Shown here one piece after another: positions 28,372-38,355 of a stretch of DNA of 64,000 bases (positions within the stretch are counted from its first letter, which is position 1; the number at the start of each line of letters is the position of its first letter). Origin of the DNA: an uncultured delta proteobacterium. GTDB lineage: Bacteria > Myxococcota_A > UBA9160 > SZUA-336. The stretch spans positions 151,150 to 215,149 of the forward strand of contig CAVPHD010000007.1 of assembly GCA_963704165.1 (NCBI GenBank), given 5' to 3'. The position numbers and the translations under genes were made by a program. Below the pieces are notes generated by a model that was not told where the DNA came from, made no database searches, and saw only the letters and a program-made list of their open reading frames with translations.

Positions 28372-29709
28372 ATGACGACGAGCGCCCAGCTCATCGCGAC
28401 TCTCGCGCCGCGCCTCTCGCGCCTTCGCGACTACGTCGATCTGACGCGTCCCGGCATCCTCGTCGGCGTGCTGCTGACGGCAATGCCGGGACTCGCGCTG
28501 GACCCGGTCTCGCGCCCGGACATCGGCACGGTTCTCCTGGTGTTGCTCGGAGTTGCGCTCGTCGGGGGCGGATCGAGCGCGCTCAATGCATGGTGGGAGC
28601 GCGACGCCGATGCGCGCATGGCGCGAACACGCGGTCGGCCGCTGCCATCGGGGCGCCTGCCCGCGCCGCGCGCGCTGATCTTCGGAGTCGCGTCCTCGAT
28701 TGCCGGTCTGGCCGCCCTCGGGCTGGCCGGTGGTTGGCTTCCCGCTGCGATCGGCGCAGCGACGCTTCTTCACTACCTGCTCGTCTACACCGTCTGGCTG
28801 AAGCCGCGCAGCGCATGGAATACGCTGGTCGGCGCCTTGGCGGGATCCACGGCACCGCTGATCGCCGATGCGGCCGTACACGGACGCGTCGGCGTCTGGG
28901 GCCTGTCCCTTTTCGCGATCGTGCTCTTCTGGCAGCCACCGCATGTCTTCGCGATCGCCTTGTACCGGCGCGAGGAGTACGCCGCCGCGCCGTTTCGGAT
29001 GCTGCCGGCGGTCGTCGGCGACGTCGCGACGCGACGCTTCAGTCTCGCCTTCGCGTTCGCGCTGATCCCGATCTCGATGCTGCCGTTCTTCGGGGGTGTG
29101 TTCGGCGCTGGCTACGCGGTGGTGGCCGCGCTCGGGGGCGTCGCGTTCAGCGCTTCGATCGTCGCTTCGATGCGGGCGCGAACGGATGCCGCCGATCGGC
29201 GCGTGTTCATCGTGTCGCTGTCGTACCTCGCAGCTCTGTTCGGGGCGATGATGCTCGAGATCGGAGCCAGAGGAGTGGGAATGGGCCCGCGCGAGCTGCT
29301 ACCGCACGTGAACGGCGCGCTCAACGCCGCGATCACCGCACTCCTGATCGCCGCATTCGTCGCGATCCGCCGGGGCCGACGCGAGACCCACCGACGGCTG
29401 ATGGTCTCGGCCGTATCTCTCGGGACCGCGTTCGTCGGCCTCTACGTCCTCCAGACCGCGCTGCTCGGCCACCAGCGCTTCCCCGGAGACGATTGGGTGC
29501 GAACGCTCTTCCTGTCGGTGCTGACGACGCACACGATCCTCGCGGTCGTCGTCGTCCCGCTGGTGGCCCGCGCTCTGTTTCTGGGGCTTCGAGAGCGCTT
29601 CGTCGAGCATCGCCGCATCGTCCGCGTGGCCTATCCCATCTGGCTCTACGTCGCGCTGACGGGGCTGTTCATCTACTGGATGAACAACTTCGTGCGACCG
29701 GGATCCTAG
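28372..29709 (+). CDS. ctaB: Heme O synthase (protoheme IX farnesyltransferase) in frame with a DUF420/CtaM-like domain
   Basis: ERDADARMARTRGRPLPSG, YTVWLK, FWQPPH; C-terminal HRRLM...HTILA..HRRI..YPIWLYVALTG. Confidence 0.88.
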   Translation: MTTSAQLIATLAPRLSRLRDYVDLTRPGILVGVLLTAMPGLALDPVSRPDIGTVLLVLLGVALVGGGSSALNAWWERDADARMARTRGRPLPSGRLPAPRALIFGVASSIAGLAALGLAGGWLPAAIGAATLLHYLLVYTVWLKPRSAWNTLVGALAGSTAPLIADAAVHGRVGVWGLSLFAIVLFWQPPHVFAIALYRREEYAAAPFRMLPAVVGDVATRRFSLAFAFALIPISMLPFFGGVFGAGYAVVAALGGVAFSASIVASMRARTDAADRRVFIVSLSYLAALFGAMMLEIGARGVGMGPRELLPHVNGALNAAITALLIAAFVAIRRGRRETHRRLMVSAVSLGTAFVGLYVLQTALLGHQRFPGDDWVRTLFLSVLTTHTILAVVVVPLVARALFLGLRERFVEHRRIVRVAYPIWLYVALTGLFIYWMNNFVRPGS

Positions 29710-29742
29710 AAGCTTCGTAGCCGCGATCTCGTCCGATGGCGT

Positions 29743-29758
29743 TATGATACCCATCATA
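29743..29758. promoter_or_regulatory. Palindromic operator TATGAT-ACCC-ATCATA
   Basis: Same core as 19573-19588; upstream of the acyl-CoA dehydrogenase operon. Confidence 0.65.
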
Positions 29759-29817
29759 GACGCGCCGACGTGCGCTCCATAGCCTTCGACGCATCCATCG
29801 CGTCGAGGAGGACACCC

Positions 29818-31023
29818 ATGCCGATCACGGACATCGAAGTCGGGCTCAGCGACGAGCAGCGCAGCATCCGCGACAATGCGCGGAAGTTCGCCGACGAGGT
29901 GATGCGGCCAGCCGGGATCGCGCTCGATCGTCTCTCCGACCCGGCGCAGGTGATCGCTCCGGACTCGCCGCTCTGGCGAGTTCTCGAGAAGTCGCGCGAG
30001 CTCGGTTTCGAGCAGCTCGAATCTTCGGCCGGTGACCTCTCTCCGGGAGAGGCTGCGCGCATCCGCTACCTGGTCAACGAGGAACTGGGTCGCGGGGATT
30101 CGGGTCTCGCGATCAGTCTGGCGGTCGCGAGCTTCCACCGCATCTTCGCGCAGATGTCCGGCCGCCCGGCGCTGATCGAGCGCTTCTGCGGCGAGTCTTC
30201 GCGCGAGATCGGCTGCTGGGCGATCACCGAGCCCGATCATGGCAGCGATTCGCTGACGGTCACCGAGCCGCACTTCCGCGATCCCGCGTTGAAACCGAAC
30301 TGTGTGGCCCGCAAGGACGGCAAGGAGTGGGTGATCCAAGGCCAGAAGGCCGCGTGGGTCTCGAACGGCACGATCTCCACCGTGGCGTCGCTGTTCTGCA
30401 CGATCGATCCGAAGGCGGGATTCATCGGCGGGGGCGTGTGCCTCGTTCCGCTCGACCAGCCCGGCGTTTCTCGTGGCAAGCCACTCGACAAGATCGGACA
30501 GCGAGCCTTGAATCAGGGCGAGATCTTCTTCGACGACGTGCGCATTCCCGAGGAGTACATGATCGTCGGAGCCGAGGGGTACGGCACCGTCGTCGAGATG
30601 GTGCTGACGATGGCGAATGCCTCGATGGGCGCGATCTTCGTCGGCGTAGCCCAGGCGGCGCTCGAACTCGCGGTCGCCTACGCGAAGGAACGCGTGCAAG
30701 GGGGGCTGCCGATCATCCAGCACCAGAGCGTGCGCGGACGACTCTTCAAGATGTTCGCGCGCACGGAAGCCGCACGAGCGCTGGCGCGTCGCGTCGCGCT
30801 CTACAATGCGACGAACCCGCCGCTCCTGCAGTACTCGATCGCCTCCAAGACCTTCGTCACGCAGACCGCATTCGAGGTGGCGAGCGAGGCGCTCCAGATC
30901 TTCGGCGGAAACGGACTGACGCGCGAATACCCGATCGAGAAGCTCGTGCGTGACGCGCGCGCTTCGATGATCGAGGACGGTTGCAACGAGGTTCTCGGCC
31001 TGGTCGGCGCGACGCGGCTCTGA
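29818..31023 (+). CDS. Acyl-CoA dehydrogenase
   Basis: AITEPDHGSD, GQKAWVSNG, QIFGGNG...YPIEKLVRDAR; RBS GAGGAG. Confidence 0.93.
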   Translation: MPITDIEVGLSDEQRSIRDNARKFADEVMRPAGIALDRLSDPAQVIAPDSPLWRVLEKSRELGFEQLESSAGDLSPGEAARIRYLVNEELGRGDSGLAISLAVASFHRIFAQMSGRPALIERFCGESSREIGCWAITEPDHGSDSLTVTEPHFRDPALKPNCVARKDGKEWVIQGQKAAWVSNGTISTVASLFCTIDPKAGFIGGGVCLVPLDQPGVSRGKPLDKIGQRALNQGEIFFDDVRIPEEYMIVGAEGYGTVVEMVLTMANASMGAIFVGVAQAALELAVAYAKERVQGGLPIIQHQSVRGRLFKMFARTEAARALARRVALYNATNPPLLQYSIASKTFVTQTAFEVASEALQIFGGNGLTREYPIEKLVRDARASMIEDGCNEVLGLVGATRL

Positions 31024-31045
31024 GACGGAGCGGAGAGGAAGAGCC

Positions 31046-31834
31046 ATGGAGCTACGCGAGGTGATCGGCAATCGGCGCTCGATCCGCTTCCTGCGACCGT
31101 ACAAGCCGGTCGAGCCGGAGAAGATCCAGCGCATGCTCGAAGCGGCGCGGCTCGCGTCGTTCTGGGGGAACGTCAGCGCGCTCCGCGCCGTGGTCGTCTT
31201 TCGCGACACCGCGCCGAAGGAAGTGGTCGATGCGATCGTCGCGCCCGTCGCCGGCTTCCAGATCCGCCGCGCGCCCGTCGTGATCGTCTGGTACCTCGAC
31301 ACCCGTGCGATCGACGATCAGTCCAATCGACTGCGGGAGCTGCTGAAAGCGGGTGCGCTGGGATTCGGCGAGGGCAAGGAGCAGGCGCTCGAGACGCAGC
31401 TCATCCCGATCTTCACGACGCTGCTCGAGCGGCTGAAGGAGCCGGGTCTGACGGAAGTCGATTGCGGCCAGGGGATCGCTCAGGCCACGCTCGTCGCGTA
31501 CGAGCAGGGACTCGGCACCTGCTGTCTCGGTACACCGAACAGCGACAAGATCCGCATCGCGCTCGGGATGCCGGACGCGTGCCGGATCCTGGTCTTGCAG
31601 ACCGTCGGCTATCCGCTCGAAGATCCGCTCGCCGGTGGGCAGCGGCCGCGGCGGCCTTTCGGAGAGCTCTTCCACATGAACAGCTACGGGAGCGCGTTTC
31701 CGCGCGATCCGAAGGTCGTGGAGGAGCTGCGCGCCGATCGGATGATCCAGGATGCCGCGCCGCTCCCGTACCGGGAAGCGGAGCTCGACTTCCTGCAAAA
31801 AGCACTCGACATCAAGGGTCACGGACTTCTGTGA
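31046..31834 (+). CDS. Nitroreductase family protein (paralog of 18757-19539)
   Basis: RRSIRF, GLGTC, VGYP, shared GGQRPR.PF.EL tail. Confidence 0.88.
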   Translation: MELREVIGNRRSIRFLRPYKPVEPEKIQRMLEAARLASFWGNVSALRAVVVFRDTAPKEVVDAIVAPVAGFQIRRAPVVIVWYLDTRAIDDQSNRLRELLKAGALGFGEGKEQALETQLIPIFTTLLERLKEPGLTEVDCGQGIAQATLVAYEQGLGTCCLGTPNSDKIRIALGMPDACRILVLQTVGYPLEDPLAGGQRPRRPFGELFHMNSYGSAFPRDPKVVEELRADRMIQDAAPLPYREAELDFLQKALDIKGHGLL

Positions 31835-31856
31835 CTCGTCTCTGGGAGGACGTCCA

Positions 31857-33089
31857 ATGCGAATGAATGCGGTCGTGGCCGGAGTCGGCATGACGACGTT
31901 CGGCAAGCACTTCGACATGGGGCTGAAGGCGCTCGGCGCCGAAGCCGTGCGTGCCGCGCTCGGCGATGCGGGAATCGATGCGAAGGATCTCGAGGCTGCA
32001 TGGGTCGGGAACGCCGCGGCGGGTCTGATCACCGGTCAGGAGTCGATCCGCGGCCAGGTCATCCTTCGGTCGATCGACATCGGCAAGATCCCGGTGGTCA
32101 ACGTCGAGAACGCGTGCGCAAGCGCCTCCACCGCGTTCCAGCAGGCGACCGCGATGGTGAGCGCCGGGCTCTACGACGTCGTGTTGGCGCTCGGCGTCGA
32201 GAAGCTCTACCACGCCGACAAGAAGCGCAGCTTCGCCGCGTTCACGGGCGCGGTCGACGTCGAGGCGCTGCAGGGAATTCTCCAGTCGCTGCAGAAGGGC
32301 GCCGCCGACACGGGTGCCAAGAGCGCGTCGAGCGGCGCCGGTGAGAGCCGCTCGATGTTCATGGACATCTACGCGGCCACGGCGCGGAACCACATGAAGC
32401 GCTACGGCACGACCGTCCGCCAGTTCGCGGGAGTCTCGGCCAAGAACTCGGAGCACGGCAGTCAGAACGCACGTGCGCAGTTCCGCGACGTGCTCAGCGT
32501 CGACGACGTGCTCGCGGCGCCGATGATCGCCGAGCCGTTGACGCGTCCGATGTGCTCGCCGATCGGCGACGGTGCGGCCGCCGTCGTGATCATGAGCGAG
32601 CGCAAGGCGCGCGAGTTCGGGATTCGCAATCCGATCCGCGTCGCTTCTTCGGTGCTGCGCTCCGGCTGGGATCACGGCGTCGACGATCCGGGCACCGTCG
32701 AGCTGACCTCGCGCGACGCCTACGAAGACGCCGGCATCGGTCCGAACGAGCTCAGCGTGATCGAGTGCCACGATGCTTCCGCCCCGGCTGAGGTCCTGGC
32801 GTACGAATCGCTCGGCCTCTGCGGAAAGGGAGAGGGCGGAAGGCTGATCGACGAGGGTGCGACGCGTCTCGGCGGGCGCATCCCGGTGAACACGTCGGGC
32901 GGTCTGCTTCGAAAGGGACACCCGGTCGGCGCGACGGGGCTCGCTCAGATCGTCGAGCTCACCGAACAGCTGCAAGGCCGTTCGGGCGCGCGCCAGGTCG
33001 CCGGTGCTCGCGTGGCTCTGGCGCACAACGGCGGCGGAAACATCGGCACCGATGCCGCAGCGATGTGCGTGACGATTCTCCGGACCTGA
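31857..33089 (+). CDS. Thiolase (SCP-x / lipid-transfer type)
   Basis: NVENACAS, CSPIGDGAAA, ECHD, KGHPVGATG. Confidence 0.92.
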   Translation: MRMNAVVAGVGMTTFGKHFDMGLKALGAEAVRAALGDAGIDAKDLEAAWVGNAAAGLITGQESIRGQVILRSIDIGKIPVVNVENACASASTAFQQATAMVSAGLYDVVLALGVEKLYHADKKRSFAAFTGAVDVEALQGILQSLQKGAADTGAKSASSGAGESRSMFMDIYAATARNHMKRYGTTVRQFAGVSAKNSEHGSQNARAQFRDVLSVDDVLAAPMIAEPLTRPMCSPIGDGAAAVVIMSERKAREFGIRNPIRVASSVLRSGWDHGVDDPGTVELTSRDAYEDAGIGPNELSVIECHDASAPAEVLAYESLGLCGKGEGGRLIDEGATRLGGRIPVNTSGGLLRKGHPVGATGLAQIVELTEQLQGRSGARQVAGARVALAHNGGGNIGTDAAAMCVTILRT

Positions 33090-33105
33090 TCGAAAGGAGC
33101 CCAAG

Positions 33106-34722
33106 ATGCGCGAGCAGAGCCCGCTGATCCTCGGTGATCTGGTCCGGATCCGTGCGAACGAGAAGCCCGATCTCGACGTCCTGACGTTCGAGCACCTCTC
33201 GCTCGACGAGGGCCGCACGCCGGACGAGGTGCGGACCTACTCCGGGCTCGCGACCCATGCGAACCGGATCGCAGCCACTCTCATCGCGCGCGGGCTCGCG
33301 CGCGGTGACCGCTTCGGGTTGATGATGCGAAATCACCCGGAGTACGTGGAGACGATGACCGCCGCCTCGATCACGGCGACGGTCTTCGTGCCGATCGACC
33401 CACGCACGCGTGGCGAGAAGCTCGCGTTCTTCCTCGGTCGGGCGGGCTGCAAGGGCATCGTCTGTGCGGACTATTGCCTGCCCGCCATCGAAGCCGTGCG
33501 CGGCTCGCTCCCCGACCTCGAATGGATCCTGGCGCTCGACACGGGCGAGGGCGACGACGCCGTGCCTCTGTCCTCGGTGAAAGGGGTGGAGTCGCTGCGC
33601 GAGGTCTTGTCGAAGCCGGTGCCGGGCGTCGATTCGCGCCTCGTCGACGCGAACGATCCCCTGCAGATCATCTACACCTCCGGCACCACGGGAGATCCGA
33701 AGGGCGTGGTGTTTCCGAACGCGCGATTCGGCGGCTTCGCGATGCTCGGCGCATTGCTCGGCTATCAGGCCGACGAGCGGCCCTACACGGGTCTCTCGCT
33801 CACCCACGGAAACGCCCAGGCCGTGACGCTGGGTCCATCGCTGTCGATGGGGCTGCGCGCGGTCTTCAGTCGCAGGTTCACGAAGTCGCGGCTCTGGGAC
33901 GTCTGTCGCTTGCACGGGTGCACCACGTTCTCTCTGCTCGGCGGCATGTCGACCGCGATCTACAGCGAACCGCTGCGGAAGAACGACGCCGACAACCCCG
34001 TGCGCAAGGTGATCAGCGCGGGCATGCCCGCTGCGATCTGGGCGTCGTTCGAGAAGCGCTTCAACGTGAAGATCTTCGAGTGGTACGGCGCCGTCGAGGG
34101 CGGACTCGCATTCAAGCCGATTGGCGAGGGTCCGATCGGCTCGTTCGGGAAGTCGGCGCCGGGGCTCGACATGCGCGTGCTCGACGACAACGACCGCGAG
34201 TGCGCGCCCGGCGAGATCGGCGAGATCTGCTCCCGCCCGTCGAGCGGCGCGTCGGCCGAGGTGGAGTACTTCGAGAACGCCGAAGCGTCCGCGCAGAAGA
34301 CCCGTGGCGGCTGGCTGCGCAGCGGTGACATGGGTTCGCGCGACGCGGAGGGGTGGTTCTTCTTTTCGCATCGAAAGGGCGGCGGCATCCGTCACAACGG
34401 CGACTTCGTGAATGCCGGATTCGTCGAGAAGCTGATCGCCGAGCAGCCGAGCGTCTCCGATGTCTTCGTCTACGGCGTGCCGGCCGCATCTGGATCGCCC
34501 GGCGAGAAGGACGTGGTCGCCGCGATCGTCCCGCAATCCGGCGCGACGTTCGACCCGGCCGCGATCTATGCCGCGTGCCGCGCCGGTCTCGAGTCGAATT
34601 TCGTTCCGTCCTACCTTCAGGTCGTCGACGAGATTCCGAAGACCGCGTCCGAGAAGCCGCAGGAGCGATTTCTGCTCGATCGCTTCGCACCCGATGCGAA
34701 GAATGTCTACGTCGAGCGGTAA
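33106..34722 (+). CDS. AMP-dependent acyl-CoA ligase (CaiC-like)
   Basis: YTSGTTGDPKG, YGAVEG, SGD, PKTASEK. Confidence 0.9.
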   Translation: MREQSPLILGDLVRIRANEKPDLDVLTFEHLSLDEGRTPDEVRTYSGLATHANRIAATLIARGLARGDRFGLMMRNHPEYVETMTAASITATVFVPIDPRTRGEKLAFFLGRAGCKGIVCADYCLPAIEAVRGSLPDLEWILALDTGEGDDAVPLSSVKGVESLREVLSKPVPGVDSRLVDANDPLQIIYTSGTTGDPKGVVFPNARFGGFAMLGALLGYQADERPYTGLSLTHGNAQAVTLGPSLSMGLRAVFSRRFTKSRLWDVCRLHGCTTFSLLGGMSTAIYSEPLRKNDADNPVRKVISAGMPAAIWASFEKRFNVKIFEWYGAVEGGLAFKPIGEGPIGSFGKSAPGLDMRVLDDNDRECAPGEIGEICSRPSSGASAEVEYFENAEASAQKTRGGWLRSGDMGSRDAEGWFFFSHRKGGGIRHNGDFVNAGFVEKLIAEQPSVSDVFVYGVPAASGSPGEKDVVAAIVPQSGATFDPAAIYAACRAGLESNFVPSYLQVVDEIPKTASEKPQERFLLDRFAPDAKNVYVER

Positions 34723-34738
34723 CCGGGCCGAGAGCGAG

Positions 34739-36139
34739 ATGTCTCGTCCGCCGATCGAGCTCGACCCGGAGCACGCCGAAGCCATCTTGATGCGCTACGC
34801 GGGCACCGGGCCGCGCTACACGAGCTACCCGACCGCGCCGGTCTGGACCGAAGCGTATGGTGCGGGAAGCTTCGAGGACGACCTGGCCGCGAGCTCACCG
34901 GGAGCCGAGCTCTCGGTCTACGTCCACGTTCCGTTCTGCACCAGCCTCTGTCACTTCTGCGCGTGCAATCGCGTGATCACGCGGAAGGCCGAGCTCCCGG
35001 CGCGATACCTCGACACGATCGAACGCGAGATCGGACGCGTGCGAGCGGCGCTCCCCGGCGAACGACCGGTCGTGCAGCACCACTGGGGTGGAGGAACGCC
35101 GACCCATCTCGATCCGGCGCAGGTCAAGCGGCTCTTCCGCGCCGTGAACGACGCGTTTCCGGCGGTGGAGGGCGCGGAGATCTCGCTCGAGGTGGACCCC
35201 CGCGTCACCGGCGACGCTCACATCGATGCGCTGCGCGAATGCGGATTCAACCGCATCTCGCTCGGCGTGCAGGACTTCGCGCCGCGCGTGCAGGCTGCGA
35301 TCCATCGCGAGCAGAGCCCGGAGCTGACCGGGCGACTCGTGGAACGCGCACGCGCGAGCGGCTTCGAGAGCGTGAACCTCGACCTGATCTACGGACTGCC
35401 GTTTCAGACCCTCGAATCGACTTCCCAGACGCTCGACGAGGTGCTCGCGATCGCTCCGGATCGGATCGCGCTCTACGCGTACGCGCACGTCACGTGGGTT
35501 GCGAAGCAGCAGCGCGGTTTCGAGCGACAGGACCTGCCGGCTCCCGGGCTGCGGTTGCGAATTCAGCTCGCCGCGATCCGGCGTCTGCTCGAGGCGGGCT
35601 ACGTGTACATCGGAATGGACCACTTCGCGCGACCCGACGATGCGCTCGCCGACGCGGTCCGCGAGCGAACGCTGCGGCGCAACTTCATGGGCTACACGAC
35701 GCGCGCGGGGGTCGACATGATCGGCCTGGGTCCGAGCGCGATCAGCGAACTTTCCCGGAGCTACGCGCAGTCCGTTCGGGAGCTCGAGCCCTGGCACGAG
35801 GCGATCGACTCCGGTCGCTTGGCGACGCTGCGCGGGCATCGGCTCTCGCGCGACGACGTCGAGCGGCGCTGGGTGATCGGCGAGATCATGTGCCACGAGG
35901 AGGTCCGCGCGGCCGAGTTCCGCGAGCGCTTCGGTCTCGAATTCGCGCAGCGCTTCGCGCGGGAACGTGCGGCGCTCGAGCCTTTCGTCGCCGACGGGCT
36001 CGTCGCGTTCGAACCCGAAGGCGGACTGCGCGTGACGCCGCTCGGGCGGCTGGTTCTGCGGAACGTGGCGATGGTCTTCGACGCGTATCTCGAAGGACAG
36101 CGCTCTGGAGATCGCCCGCTCTTCAGCCAGACCGTCTGA
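34739..36139 (+). CDS. hemN: Oxygen-independent coproporphyrinogen III oxidase (radical SAM)
   Basis: GPRYTSYPTA, HVPFCTSLCHFCAC, GGGTPT, GMDHFA, RNFMGY. Confidence 0.95.
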   Translation: MSRPPIELDPEHAEAILMRYAGTGPRYTSYPTAPVWTEAYGAGSFEDDLAASSPGAELSVYVHVPFCTSLCHFCACNRVITRKAELPARYLDTIEREIGRVRAALPGERPVVQHHWGGGTPTHLDPAQVKRLFRAVNDAFPAVEGAEISLEVDPRVTGDAHIDALRECGFNRISLGVQDFAPRVQAAIHREQSPELTGRLVERARASGFESVNLDLIYGLPFQTLESTSQTLDEVLAIAPDRIALYAYAHVTWVAKQQRGFERQDLPAPGLRLRIQLAAIRRLLEAGYVYIGMDHFARPDDALADAVRERTLRRNFMGYTTRAGVDMIGLGPSAISELSRSYAQSVRELEPWHEAIDSGRLATLRGHRLSRDDVERRWVIGEIMCHEEVRAAEFRERFGLEFAQRFARERAALEPFVADGLVAFEPEGGLRVTPLGRLVLRNVAMVFDAYLEGQRSGDRPLFSQTV

Positions 36140-36146
36140 GTCGGCG

Positions 36147-36527
36147 TCAGCCCGAGTCGGGTTCTTCGGCGAGCACGGCCGACATCGGACGCAGCGCGAC
36201 GGGAAACCAGTGCGGTTCGGAGTGGCCCTCGGGCGGGATGATCTTCTCGACCGGGAGCGCGAGCACGCGGCCGTCCCGCTTGTACGCCGAGAGATGCACC
36301 GGTTTGGCCGCGAGCACCTCTTCGTCGAGAAGCTCGAGAATCGCGTCGAAGAGCTCGCGCGGCATGCCGCTCCAGATCACGCGATTCCCGGGCAGGACGA
36401 TCTCGGTCGCCTCGCGCGCGTCTCTGGCCAGGTTCTTGTGCAGCGCCGCGAACGTGACCCAGTCGTCGCGCTCGACGAACGCGCGCACGGCGACCTTGTA
36501 TTCGTCTTTGGTCGTCGATGCGCTCAC
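36147..36527 (-). CDS. Hypothetical protein
   Basis: GTG start overlaps the hydratase stop; 126 aa. Confidence 0.65.
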   Translation of the reverse strand: MSASTTKDEYKVAVRAFVERDDWVTFAALHKNLARDAREATEIVLPGNRVIWSGMPRELFDAILELLDEEVLAAKPVHLSAYKRDGRVLALPVEKIIPPEGHSEPHWFPVALRPMSAVLAEEPDSG

Positions 36528-37366
36528 GTGCCGTCCGGTCTTTCCTTGGTGCGGTAGTCGCCGAATTGCGCGTCGCGGACGTCGAGTGCGTGGGTCACGC
36601 CCTTCGCGAAGTTCTTGAAGTACTCCCGAGTCGAGGGCGTGTGGAAGCCGAGCGCTTGGATCTCCGTGCCCGCGCGAAGAGCCGTGCGCATTCCCATGAC
36701 TTCCATCGCGCGGTGCACGCTTCGCTTGTTCAGCTGCTGCAGGTCCGTCGGAATCCTCGCGATGCGTTCGGCCAGCTCGAGCACACGCGCTTCGAGCTCT
36801 TCGGCCGGCCAGGCGCGATTCGCGAACCCCAGACGGGCGGCTTCGGTCCCGCTGATCGCATCGCCGGTGAGCATCAGCTCCATCGCGTTTCGCATTCCCA
36901 CGAGCCACGGGTGGTATTGCATGTCCGGCGGGCTCATCAAGCGTACGGGCGGATAGCCGATCTGCGCATCGTCGGCGACGTAGACGAGGTCGCACGAGGT
37001 CGCGAGCTCGCTTCCGCCCGCGAGACAGTACCCGTGCACCTGCGCGATCACGGGTTTGCGCAAGTCCCAGACGCGGAAGTGGCCCTCGACGACGTGTCGT
37101 GACCAGTTCCCGTCGCCACCGGACGTGTGCCACGGTTGGTCCACCGCCGTGTTCGAGCCGAGATCGTAGCCGGACGAGAACGAGGTTCCCGCGCCGCGGA
37201 GGATCGTCACCCGGACCCCGTCGTCGCGGTCCGCCGCCTCGAGCGCGGCGTAGAGTTCGCCGCGCAGGGCGTTGGAGAGCGCGTTTCGCTTTTCGGGACG
37301 ATTCAGCGTGAACCGCCGCACCATCGGGATCGGATCGTCGACGAGGATGTACTGCGGAGTCTCCAT
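36524..37366 (-). CDS. Enoyl-CoA hydratase/isomerase (crotonase) family
   Basis: LNRPEKRNAL, FSSGYDL, HGYCLAGG. Confidence 0.92.
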   Translation of the reverse strand: METPQYILVDDPIPMVRRFTLNRPEKRNALSNALRGELYAALEAADRDDGVRVTILRGAGTSFSSGYDLGSNTAVDQPWHTSGGDGNWSRHVVEGHFRVWDLRKPVIAQVHGYCLAGGSELATSCDLVYVADDAQIGYPPVRLMSPPDMQYHPWLVGMRNAMELMLTGDAISGTEAARLGFANRAWPAEELEARVLELAERIARIPTDLQQLNKRSVHRAMEVMGMRTALRAGTEIQALGFHTPSTREYFKNFAKGVTHALDVRDAQFGDYRTKERPDGT

Positions 37367-37383
37367 CGCCGAAGCATACACGC

Positions 37384-38355
37384 TCAAGCCGGTCGCGATG
37401 CCGCCGCCGCGAGGACGCCCGCGTAACCGTTTGCGACGCACGCCTGGTCGAGGACACCGCGCTCGCGGAGAAGCCGGTGAAAGAGCGGCAGCTTGTAGTG
37501 TGGGACGGTCATGATCAGGTGGTGCTCGAGGTGGTAGTTCACGCGGTTGGGCGCGACGAAGAGCCTCTCGAGCGCCGACGCGGTCGTCGTCCGGGTGTTG
37601 TTCAGTGCGTCACTCGCGTTCGGCGTGAGCGCGTGCTCCGCGATCGAGCGGATGCGCGTGAACAGGCGGTTTGTCGTGAGCCAGGCGACGGCCCAGAGCA
37701 GATAGAGTGCGGGATGCCCCGCGAGCGAGACGATCGTCAGCAGCGCGAGGTTCGTGACGGTGACCGGAACGAGCTTGTGCCAGCCGACGTCCGGCTGCTC
37801 GCCGCGGCTCATGCCCTGATCGCGCTGCGAGCGCCCGTGCCCGCGTCCGACGTCGCGCAGGAAGACGGCCTTCGCCTGCTTCCATCCCGTTTGCCCGGAG
37901 AGGTCGCGGAAGACCTTGCGCGCGAAGCTCGCGCGCGTGATCGGAAACGGCCGGATCAGCCCGAGATCCGGATCCTTCTCGGAGCCGGTGTGAGCGTGAT
38001 GCACGAGATGGTAGCGTCGATACGGCTCGACTTCGGCCCAGACCGGATACGCCGCGAGCCAGTTCCCGGCCCAGTCGTTGAGCGCCCGGTTTCGGAAAAG
38101 CGTGCGGTGAGCCGCCTCGTGCATGAGGACCGCGAAGCCGAGCTGGCGCGCGCCGATCACGAAGATCGCCAGCACGATCGTGAGCGGGTTCGGCGCCCAC
38201 GCGACGAGCGCCATCGCTCCGAAGACGAGCGCCCAGTTCAGTGCGATCGAGAGCGCGCCGTGCAGGTTGTCGACTTCGAGAAGCTCGCGGCGCTCTTCGG
38301 CCGAGAGCGCGTCTCGCCAGTTCCAGGCCTCCCAGTCGGTCGTCGGTGTACTCAA
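37384..38355 (-). CDS. Membrane fatty-acid desaturase
   Basis: His boxes HEAAH, HLVHH, HLEHH. Confidence 0.9.
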   Translation of the reverse strand: MSTPTTDWEAWNWRDALSAEERRELLEVDNLHGALSIALNWALVFGAMALVAWAPNPLTIVLAIFVIGARQLGFAVLMHEAAHRTLFRNRALNDWAGNWLAAYPVWAEVEPYRRYHLVHHAHTGSEKDPDLGLIRPFPITRASFARKVFRDLSGQTGWKQAKAVFLRDVGRGHGRSQRDQGMSRGEQPDVGWHKLVPVTVTNLALLTIVSLAGHPALYLLWAVAWLTTNRLFTRIRSIAEHALTPNASDALNNTRTTTASALERLFVAPNRVNYHLEHHLIMTVPHYKLPLFHRLLRERGVLDQACVANGYAGVLAAAASRPA

